The notes under the pieces were generated by a model. That model did no database searches. It was not told the DNA's origin and was given only the letters and a program-made list of their open reading frames with translations. 64,000 bases of DNA, taken from contig DISK01000014.1 of assembly GCA_002421905.1 (NCBI GenBank), positions 37,628-101,627 of the forward strand, in the 5' to 3' direction. This document shows, one piece after another, positions 56,776 to 64,000 of this stretch. This DNA is from Micavibrio sp. UBA6212. GTDB taxonomy: Bacteria > Pseudomonadota > Alphaproteobacteria > Micavibrionales > Micavibrionaceae. Within the stretch, counting starts at the first letter, position 1. The number at the start of each line of letters is the position of its first letter. The position numbers and the translations under genes are program-made.

Positions 56776-59301
56776 ATGAAACAACCGTTCAAACTGCCTA
56801 TACTTCTTCAGGTCATAACAATATTCGCCCTTTTATTTGCCCCACTGCAAACAGTTCTGGCACAAGATAACTCATCCACGTCACTGCAATACAATGATAT
56901 GCATGAGGACGACTCGCAAAACACCCATTCTCTGAATACTCAGGACAAAATCCAGACTCTGTTCAACAACCTTGAAACGATTGGCAATAGCTATAACTCA
57001 GGAGGAAGCAAGGCCGCAGAACTGGCCCTTCTGGACAGCGGCTGCCAGACTGCCATCGACAGATTTTTGAAAACCAATCTGGTTCACGATCTCACCCCCA
57101 CTTTGAATAAAAGTAAGAGCAGCCCAAATGAAGCTATGGCATGGGTCGATGCAAAGGTCAGTGGCCTGAGCGTCAGGGCAAAAAGTGCTTTCTGTGCCAT
57201 GATGAAAGGCGAGAAGATTGAATCTCTCGATCTCAACGAAACGCTACACTCAACCGTTCGCAATGACATCTTCCCCACGCTTATGATGCAAGGGGTAGGC
57301 TGGGCAAATAACAGCCAGCTTCCCTTCCTGACCCGACTTGAAGTCGAACTCGGCTCCTCTGACGGAGATTTCATCAGCTCCATCACCTCTATACAGCCGC
57401 TCTGGCAAGATCACACCAATACACATCATGTCTTTGCCCAGCTTTCCTATTATAAAGCGCCTGATGAAACCAACGACCAAGGCTTCAAAGTCAAGCATGA
57501 CACCGTCAATGCCGGTGTCGCTTATCGCTATTTGACCCCTGATAAAAAACTCCTGTACGGGGCGAATGTGTTTTTTGACCATGCTCCAAAAAGAAATCAT
57601 AACCGCATGAGCTTTGGTGTTGATGCCCGTACCAGCCAACTGGCTGTCTCTGCAAACCGCTATATGCCTCTTTCCACATGGCGAAGCCTCGATCTTTACT
57701 ATGAAGATCGAGCTGCAGCAGGATGGGATCTCGAATTGCGCGGTCAGGTTCCCGAACTCCCAAGCTGGACAGCCTCAGTCAAAGGGTACCAGTGGGACGA
57801 TCAGGATGATGGCGCAGATTTATATGGAACCACAGCCGCTGTTGAATACTCCCCTATCCCTGCCATGGCGTTTCGTCTTGGCCTGAATAAGGACACACAA
57901 AGCGATCCTTATCTGGAAGCAGCCCTGCGCTTTAATTATCGTTTTGATGATCCGGATGGCCTGCAATGGAAACAAAGAACCGAACTCGCTCCGGTTAGCG
58001 ACTATATCTATGAGAAAGTTCAACGTGAAAATATCATCCGGACAAAAGTTCGCAGAAAACACTCTTCAAAACTGGAAGTTATAGAGACAGCCGGAGCAAA
58101 TACATCTATTGAGACAACCGGAAGCACTTCTTTGTATGTTAGCCAAACTCTCCTGATGCCAGTCACCGTTACGACGGCCAATACAGTTGGAGCTTACGCA
58201 CGACTGAGATTTGCCAAAGGAGCAATCCTGACCTTGGGACAAAATACACAGGTTCAAATTGTCCCCGATCTGATTACTCTGGTAACCGGAACCATTCAGT
58301 ATGTCTCTGATGGTGTCATCACAAACGTCGCAGTTCCAGGAGGAACCATTCAACTTCACGGAACGGATATTGACGTCGTATCAAACGGTATCGACACCAG
58401 TGTTCGTGTCCGCGACGGGTCAATCACCTTAACAGGAACCGTCTCAGGATCAGCAACGATTGGGGCAGCAGAAATGGCGCGCTCAATTGCAGGTGTGGTT
58501 GGAACTGTTGCCTCAGGGACAGCCCCCTATACAACCCATACCGATCAGGTATCAACCCAGATCGACCGTGTTGCCTCCTCTCTGAACGGTGCAAAAGTGG
58601 CTCCATACCCCTATGAATTCCCGCGCATTGTGTCTGAAAATCTAACCCCGGGACAACAGATCGTCATTGGCCTGAAATTCAATGATGCCGTGACCGTATC
58701 CGGTGGAGTGCCCTTTATGAACGTCTCCATCAATGGCAATCTGGGAACCGCGCCTCTGATTGGCGGTAGCGGAACAAATGACCTGATGTTTGGATATACC
58801 GTTCAACCGGCAGATGGTGGCGCAACATCCATTACCATCCTGAATATAGATCAAAACGGTGCCTCTATGATGGGTAATGGTAAGAATGCAATCACTACAA
58901 TTGCAGACGCAACGCTAAACCTTAGTGGTTCGGTATCTGATATAACGCCGCCAGCAGGGTATGCCGTGGCCTTTACGACAACACCAGTAAACATTGCGAA
59001 TGTCGGTGCGGCAGCATTTGAGATTACAACGGCAGAAATCGGCTCAACATACAGCTACACAATTTCCAGCTCGGGAGGTGGAACAAACGTAACTGGCACC
59101 GGTACGATTGCAGGAGCAACAGAAAGCATCACAGGTTTGAACCTTGCAGGATTGAATGATGGAACATTAACCGTCAGCGTAACTCTGACAGATCCATCTT
59201 TGAATGTTGGAACTCCCGTTACAAATACTGCAACAAAAGATGTTGTTGCCCCCTATATTGTATCGGTAACCCCACCTGCAAGCACAACCTACGCGCCGTA
59301 A
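56776..59301 (+). CDS. Inverse autotransporter (intimin/invasin-family) outer-membrane adhesin with FecR-like and Ig-like passenger domains
   Basis: Signal peptide ...LQTVLA|QD. The beta-domain aligns with Yersinia invasin from memory: GANVFFDHAPKRNHNRMSFGVDARTSQLAVSANRYMPLSTW....EDRAAAGWDLELRGQVPELPSWTASVKGYQW versus GVNTFIDHDLSRDHTRLGLGAEYWRDYLKFSANGYIRLSGW....ERPANGWDIRAEGYLPAWPQLGASLMYEQYY. Followed by ...ALRFNYRF and VQRENIIRTK. Confidence 0.85.
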   Translation: MKQPFKLPILLQVITIFALLFAPLQTVLAQDNSSTSLQYNDMHEDDSQNTHSLNTQDKIQTLFNNLETIGNSYNSGGSKAAELALLDSGCQTAIDRFLKTNLVHDLTPTLNKSKSSPNEAMAWVDAKVSGLSVRAKSAFCAMMKGEKIESLDLNETLHSTVRNDIFPTLMMQGVGWANNSQLPFLTRLEVELGSSDGDFISSITSIQPLWQDHTNTHHVFAQLSYYKAPDETNDQGFKVKHDTVNAGVAYRYLTPDKKLLYGANVFFDHAPKRNHNRMSFGVDARTSQLAVSANRYMPLSTWRSLDLYYEDRAAAGWDLELRGQVPELPSWTASVKGYQWDDQDDGADLYGTTAAVEYSPIPAMAFRLGLNKDTQSDPYLEAALRFNYRFDDPDGLQWKQRTELAPVSDYIYEKVQRENIIRTKVRRKHSSKLEVIETAGANTSIETTGSTSLYVSQTLLMPVTVTTANTVGAYARLRFAKGAILTLGQNTQVQIVPDLITLVTGTIQYVSDGVITNVAVPGGTIQLHGTDIDVVSNGIDTSVRVRDGSITLTGTVSGSATIGAAEMARSIAGVVGTVASGTAPYTTHTDQVSTQIDRVASSLNGAKVAPYPYEFPRIVSENLTPGQQIVIGLKFNDAVTVSGGVPFMNVSINGNLGTAPLIGGSGTNDLMFGYTVQPADGGATSITILNIDQNGASMMGNGKNAITTIADATLNLSGSVSDITPPAGYAVAFTTTPVNIANVGAAAFEITTAEIGSTYSYTISSSGGGTNVTGTGTIAGATESITGLNLAGLNDGTLTVSVTLTDPSLNVGTPVTNTATKDVVAPYIVSVTPPASTTYAP

Positions 59302-59304
59302 AAC

Positions 59305-60951
59305 ATGAAAATAAAAGCATCTGCCCTCCTGACTTTCCTGTTTCTGACAGCCGCGTACGAAGTCAAGGCAGCTCCCGCAAATGTTGACTTTACCGTGACC
59401 ATGAGCGAAGCCGCCAACGTCACAGGCTGCCCTGCCAACTGTCCCCGCATCGCCGTCACGGTTGACGGACAAACCCGTTACGCAGAATATAGCGCAGGAA
59501 CAGGATCATCTTCCCTTACCTTTTCCTATGCCCCGACCATTGGCGATCTTGATCTCGATGGTGTAACGCTCACTTCCCCGATTGACCTGAATGGCGGAAC
59601 CATCACCGATCTCAACGGGAACTCAATCACACCACTGACCTATACCGTTCCTGATACCTCCGGCATCAAAATCGACTACCCGTCTCTCTCGATGGATTTT
59701 ACCAACGGCACAGGCGGGCGATACACACTCAACGGCACAGCCTACAACGATCTCTCTTCTTTCCTGACTGCCACCGGTGGGACTTATACACGCGCCAGTG
59801 TAGGAACATATTTCGATTCAACAGGTACACTCCAAACCGCAGCCGCCAACCAACCTCGCTTCGACTATGATCCAGTTACCCACGCCCCAAAAGGCATCCT
59901 CATTGAGGAACAAAGGACGAATTTACTTACAAACGGACAAGGAGCCGGCGCCTCCGGAGTTACAAACCCATCCGGATGGAATATCGACCAAGCTTTCGGA
60001 GGGATTCAGCCGTCTCTAAAAAACAGTGGCATAGACTCTCAAGGCTATGGATATTTTGAGTTCACCATCAACGGAACAACAACACTACCCAATCGATTAT
60101 TGGTTAACCCCGCATCTGCGAGGATAAATATTTTAGCAAATACGCCATACACACTATCGTACAATGTTGAACTGACAAACGGAATCTACCCATACGGTAT
60201 TCAAGCAAGTATTGCATGGTATGATGCATCAAACAACGTGCTATCCAGCAACTATGGCTATGCCCGACATACAGTCGGTTCAAAGATACGTCAATCCGAC
60301 ACTGTAACGTCGCCAGCATCTGCTGCTAAAATGAGAATCTGGTTCGACTTTATTGATTATGGAGCGCCCAATATCGGAAGCAATGAAAACTTCACTATAA
60401 GACTTTCTGGCATTCAACTTGAACAGGGCAGATTTCCTACATCCTACATTCCCACAACAAGTTCTGCCGTAACGCGACAGACCGACACCCTGACCATTCC
60501 AACGAGCGGATGGACAGGCTCTTTTATCGGAACGTTAATGGCGCAATCTGTTATTCCCTATCTGGGGGCATCAACCCGATATCCCGGCATTGCGGCAATG
60601 GATGATGGCTCCATTAGTAATGCTATCCATTTTTTGATAGGTGATCCGGGTGGTGATGAAAAGGCCGCAAGTATGCATTATGGAGGAATCTCCAATTATA
60701 GCTTCTTAAGTAATGCATACATAGTTGGCAATATTTTGAAGCAATGTCTGGCTTATAGCGGAACCTCAACAAATGCGGCACAAGATGGAGTTCTAGGAAC
60801 ATCTGCGGAGGCGCTCTCAATTCCAAATTTGACTACGCTTCGCGTTGGCAATCGCCGCGGAGGAGTTGATCCTCTCAATGGTTGGGTGCAAACAACAAAA
60901 TACTATCCGTTCCGCGTATCTGATGCGCAGTTACAATTGTTAACGCAATAG
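59305..60951 (+). CDS. Secreted protein, paralogue A: conserved Ig-like N-module plus divergent ConA/LamG-like (tail-fibre-like) C-terminal domains
   Basis: Signal peptide MKIKASALLTFLFLTAAYEVKA|APA. Starts 3 nt after the IAT stop. Motifs RFDYDPVTHAPKGILIEEQRTN, IQLEQGRFPTSYIPTTSSAVTRQTD, and terminal ...YYPFRVSDAQLQLLTQ. Confidence 0.75.
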   Translation: MKIKASALLTFLFLTAAYEVKAAPANVDFTVTMSEAANVTGCPANCPRIAVTVDGQTRYAEYSAGTGSSSLTFSYAPTIGDLDLDGVTLTSPIDLNGGTITDLNGNSITPLTYTVPDTSGIKIDYPSLSMDFTNGTGGRYTLNGTAYNDLSSFLTATGGTYTRASVGTYFDSTGTLQTAAANQPRFDYDPVTHAPKGILIEEQRTNLLTNGQGAGASGVTNPSGWNIDQAFGGIQPSLKNSGIDSQGYGYFEFTINGTTTLPNRLLVNPASARINILANTPYTLSYNVELTNGIYPYGIQASIAWYDASNNVLSSNYGYARHTVGSKIRQSDTVTSPASAAKMRIWFDFIDYGAPNIGSNENFTIRLSGIQLEQGRFPTSYIPTTSSAVTRQTDTLTIPTSGWTGSFIGTLMAQSVIPYLGASTRYPGIAAMDDGSISNAIHFLIGDPGGDEKAASMHYGGISNYSFLSNAYIVGNILKQCLAYSGTSTNAAQDGVLGTSAEALSIPNLTTLRVGNRRGGVDPLNGWVQTTKYYPFRVSDAQLQLLTQ

Positions 60952-60953
60952 AG

Positions 60954-60976
60954 GAAAAGAAAAGAAAAGAAAAGAA
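60954..60976 (+). repeat. Pentanucleotide microsatellite (GAAAA)4 between GAGGA and the start codon of paralogue B
   Basis: gagGAAAAGAAAAGAAAAGAAAAgaaATG, followed by an A7 run in codons 2 to 4 (60980-60986). Confidence 0.9.
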
Positions 60977-62566
60977 ATGAAAAAAATAGTTTCATTTTTG
61001 GGGTTCTCGTTTTTCCTTATCCCATCCACTTGGGCTGCACCAGCCAATGTGGATTTTATCGTTACGATGAGTGAGGCGGTGAATGTGACGGGGTGCCCGA
61101 CTAACTGCCCGCGCATTGCGGTCACTGTTGACGGGCAAACCAGATACGCAACCTACTCCGCAGGGACAGGCACATCGTCTCTCACCTTTTCTTATGCCCC
61201 GACCATTGGCGATCTTGATCTCGATGGGGTCGCGTTAACATCACCAATTGATTTGAATGGCGGAACTATCACCGACCTCAACGGCAATCCTGAAACAGAC
61301 CTAACCTTTACAGTCCCCAATACATCAGGCATAAAAATTGATTACCCGTCTCTCTCGATGGATTTTGTGGCAGACGCAGATGGGCGTTATACAGTCAATG
61401 GGACAGCCTATAATGATCTCTCCTCTTTCCTTGGTGCCACAGGTGGCACATTCACCCGTTCCAGTGTGGGAACATATTTTGATTCAACAGGAACACTTCA
61501 AACTGCGGCCTCAGGCCAACCCCGCTTCGACCATGACCCGGTTACCCACACCCCAAAAGGAATCCTCATCGAGGAAAGCCGTTCAAATAAATTGCTAAAC
61601 AGTTCTGATTTCAACGCCTCTGGCTGGAGTAGAACAGATATTACAGTTAATAGCAGCACAGGGCATATATATAACCTACAAAAGATCACGGAGGGGTCAG
61701 CAGGAACCGCGCTCCTAAGACAAAATGTATTTGGGGCATTTACAGCCGGATCAACAACATACGGTTCATTTTTTGTTTCAAGGGGGAATACAGACTGGAT
61801 TGTTGTAAAAATCAATGAAACAGGGGCTGGAGAAATCGCAAATTTTTGGTTTAATATTGCAACAGGAATCGCAGGATCCATTACAAAAACAGGGGGGAGC
61901 AACGAAACAGCAAAAATTATTCCTATTTCAAGTGGCGTATATAGAATAATTGTAAGCTTTCTCCCAAATCCAACATCAACAAATCGAGGAATTTTGATAA
62001 GTTCTGCAACATCAAACGGCTCTTTATCACGAGTGCCTGGGGCAGAATACTATGTATCATACGCTCAACTTGAACAAGGCTCTTTCCCCACTTCCTATAT
62101 CCCTACCACAAGCGCAGCGGTAACGCGTGCGGCAGAAACGATGACCGTACCAATAAGTTCTTGGTTCAATAATACAAACGGTTCAATTTCTTTTACCGGA
62201 GACGTTATTTCATCTGGAACAGAAGCCACTCCAGGAGGAATTGCTATACATTCAATCGGGAATAATGGTTATTTGTTTTATAAACAAGCGGGCACATTGA
62301 ACCTCTATTCTTTTGTTGGAACGGGGCAAGTTAATATTGGTGCAGTATCAAGTAACACTCTATTTATTGCAGGAATGGCCTATAACACAACGACAGCAAA
62401 AGGGGCATTGAACGGAGTCCTATCTGCTGGTTTTACACCTTCATCTGTCTGGCTGCCGACATATTTGAAAACAAATCAAGCTGGCTCATGGAATGGGCAC
62501 ATCATGAAATATAAATTTTATCCAACTCAATCCTCTGACACCCAACTCCAACTTTTAACACAGTGA
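60977..62566 (+). CDS. Secreted protein, paralogue B (same architecture, different C-terminal domains)
   Basis: MKKIVSFLGFSFFLIPSTWA|APANVDF. RFDHDPVTHTPKGILIEESRSN, AQLEQGSFPTSYIPTTSAAVTRAAE, WNGHIMKYKFYPTQSSDTQLQLLTQ. Confidence 0.75.
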   Translation: MKKIVSFLGFSFFLIPSTWAAPANVDFIVTMSEAVNVTGCPTNCPRIAVTVDGQTRYATYSAGTGTSSLTFSYAPTIGDLDLDGVALTSPIDLNGGTITDLNGNPETDLTFTVPNTSGIKIDYPSLSMDFVADADGRYTVNGTAYNDLSSFLGATGGTFTRSSVGTYFDSTGTLQTAASGQPRFDHDPVTHTPKGILIEESRSNKLLNSSDFNASGWSRTDITVNSSTGHIYNLQKITEGSAGTALLRQNVFGAFTAGSTTYGSFFVSRGNTDWIVVKINETGAGEIANFWFNIATGIAGSITKTGGSNETAKIIPISSGVYRIIVSFLPNPTSTNRGILISSATSNGSLSRVPGAEYYVSYAQLEQGSFPTSYIPTTSAAVTRAAETMTVPISSWFNNTNGSISFTGDVISSGTEATPGGIAIHSIGNNGYLFYKQAGTLNLYSFVGTGQVNIGAVSSNTLFIAGMAYNTTTAKGALNGVLSAGFTPSSVWLPTYLKTNQAGSWNGHIMKYKFYPTQSSDTQLQLLTQ

Positions 62567-62576
62567 GAAATGGATT

Positions 62577-64000
62577 ATGAAGTTTACATATATCATTACA
62601 AGGAGTAAAACGACGAAGAAATCCATAACAACACTCTGGATTGCGTCACTGGCGTTCGCAATGACGATGGGGGGAATGGCATCAGTCTCTTTAGCCGCCC
62701 CTGCAACTATTGATTTTACCGTGACCATGAGCGAAGCCGCCAACGTCACAGGCTGCCCTGCCACCTGCCCACGCATTGCGGTGGATGTTGGTGGGATTAC
62801 TCGTTACGCAGAATACAGTGCAGGAACAGGATCATCTTCCCTCACCTTTTCCTATGCCCCGACCATTGGCGATCTTGATCTCGATGGCGTAACGCTAACC
62901 TCACCAATTGATTTGAATGGCGGAACCATCACCGACCTCAACGGTAATGCCATTACTGATCTGGCCTACACCGCTCCTGATACTTCCGGTATTAAAATCG
63001 ACTACCCGTCTCTCTCGATGGACTTTATAGCAAATGCCGATGGGCGTTATACACTCAACGGCACTGCTTACAATGATCTATCCTCATTTTTAGGCGCTGC
63101 GGGCGGCACATTCACCCGCGCCTCAACCGCAACTTATTATGATTCCACGGGGACACTACAAACCTCATCCAACGATACACCCAGATTTGATTATGATCCC
63201 GCCACCCTCGCCCCAAAAGGGATAATGATTGAGCAAGCCTTTACAAACGGCATAAAAAATTCTGAAGATTTCAGCGTAGCATCCCATTGGACAGCAACCA
63301 ATATCACACTGGATTCAACTTATGTCTCACCAACGGGCAACATAGGTGCAACAAAACTGATTGCAGATACATCCAACGCTACTCACAATCTGATCTCTAC
63401 ACTAAGCGGAGGGGCCAATGCAGTTTTAGGGCAGCCGATTATTGGTTCTGCTTTTGTAAAGGCCGGAGAATACAATCGGATTAGACTCGAACTCTTGCCT
63501 GCAACAATTTTCCCACTTGTCGCTGGAGTTCAAACCCCGCCCAGTGTAACTGTGGACACATCCACTGGAACTATTATCTCTTCGGCAAACACATCATCCA
63601 CCTCAATACAAGCCCTGCCAAATGGCTGGTATCGGGTTTTCTGGGGCAGGACGACAATAAATGCGAATACGGTTCGAGTAAGAGCAATGCTTCAGGATAA
63701 TTCCGGCAACACAACCTTCACAGGAGACGGTACATCAGGAATTTTACTTTGGGGTTATCAGCTTAATATCAATATTCCACACCCTGTTTCCTATATGCCC
63801 TCCAACGGATCATGGGGCATTCACAGCAAAGACGAACTGATACTTCCTCTGAACAGTTGGTATAATCAATCCGCACAAACATTATGGGGGAAAGGTTATT
63901 CAAATGGAGTCTCATCAAGCTCGGCAGCAACTTTGGCAGATATAAACGATAATAGCTTCAATGAACGTTTTCAAATCAGATTTCAAAGCGGCCCACAATA
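62577..64000 (+). CDS. Secreted protein, paralogue C (3' end beyond the window)
   Basis: Own translation: MKFTYIITRSKTTKKSITTLWIASLAFAMTMGGMASVSLA|APATIDFTVTMSEAANVTGCPATCPRIAV... No stop before 64000, so it is absent from the track. Motifs RFDYDPATLAPKGIMIEQAFTN and ...LLWGYQLNINIPHPVSYMPS. Confidence 0.7.
   Translation, partial: MKFTYIITRSKTTKKSITTLWIASLAFAMTMGGMASVSLAAPATIDFTVTMSEAANVTGCPATCPRIAVDVGGITRYAEYSAGTGSSSLTFSYAPTIGDLDLDGVTLTSPIDLNGGTITDLNGNAITDLAYTAPDTSGIKIDYPSLSMDFIANADGRYTLNGTAYNDLSSFLGAAGGTFTRASTATYYDSTGTLQTSSNDTPRFDYDPATLAPKGIMIEQAFTNGIKNSEDFSVASHWTATNITLDSTYVSPTGNIGATKLIADTSNATHNLISTLSGGANAVLGQPIIGSAFVKAGEYNRIRLELLPATIFPLVAGVQTPPSVTVDTSTGTIISSANTSSTSIQALPNGWYRVFWGRTTINANTVRVRAMLQDNSGNTTFTGDGTSGILLWGYQLNINIPHPVSYMPSNGSWGIHSKDELILPLNSWYNQSAQTLWGKGYSNGVSSSSAATLADINDNSFNERFQIRFQSGPQ

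Noticed and set aside
59305-64000. Prophage tail module or diversity-generating retroelement as an explanation for the tail-fibre-like paralogues.
   Set aside because: Within the window there are no capsid, tail-tube, baseplate, integrase or reverse-transcriptase genes, and no template/variable repeat pair. All three proteins carry Sec signal peptides, which phage fibres lack. This cannot be excluded for sequence beyond 64000.
1-64000. tRNA, rRNA, tmRNA, RNase P or SRP RNA genes.
   Set aside because: No T-loop GGTTCGAATCC-type motif or other recognisable structured-RNA hallmark was noticed in the intergenic regions. A covariance-model scan would be needed for certainty.

Overview
The window looks like a chromosomal core region of an alphaproteobacterium. 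This is inferred from gene content and motifs only, since no database search was possible. Supporting features are rpoH, a GTTC-N7-GTTC LexA-type box, a class II DAHP synthase, a DUF2336-like gene, an Rsm22-like methyltransferase next to ispB, and the cluster rpsB-tsf-pyrH-frr-uppS-cdsA-dxr. Most of the roughly 60 genes are housekeeping: ispB, mntR/mntH, sppA, aroC, fabI, pdxH, nadE, gltX, rpsD, rlmN, rpoH, pip, pgk, hemW, rdgB, rph and hrcA-grpE. No rRNA, tRNA or CRISPR array was recognised. Four things stand out. (1) A self-contained operon at 2006-7312, with its own promoter and a perfect terminator, encodes three very large cysteine-rich prepilin-like proteins, with no pilus or T2SS machinery in the window. 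(2) At the right end (56776 to beyond 64000) an inverse-autotransporter (intimin/invasin-type) gene is followed by three tandem paralogues. Each has a signal peptide, a near-identical N-terminal module and divergent lectin or tail-fibre-like C-termini, and a (GAAAA)4 repeat sits in front of one of them. (3) Several families of G-rich hairpin (REP/MITE-like) repeats are nested in at least six intergenic sites. (4) An alphaproteobacterial-type SOS box is embedded in back-to-back promoters next to a 31-codon hydrophobic ORF. Smaller oddities are a two-gene AT-rich insertion between cdsA and dxr, a pair of paralogous genes of unknown family, a divergent MetA-like gene, and a Kv-like channel with a zinc-ribbon tail. 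Start codons were chosen by eye from RBS and remembered homologues and are approximate.
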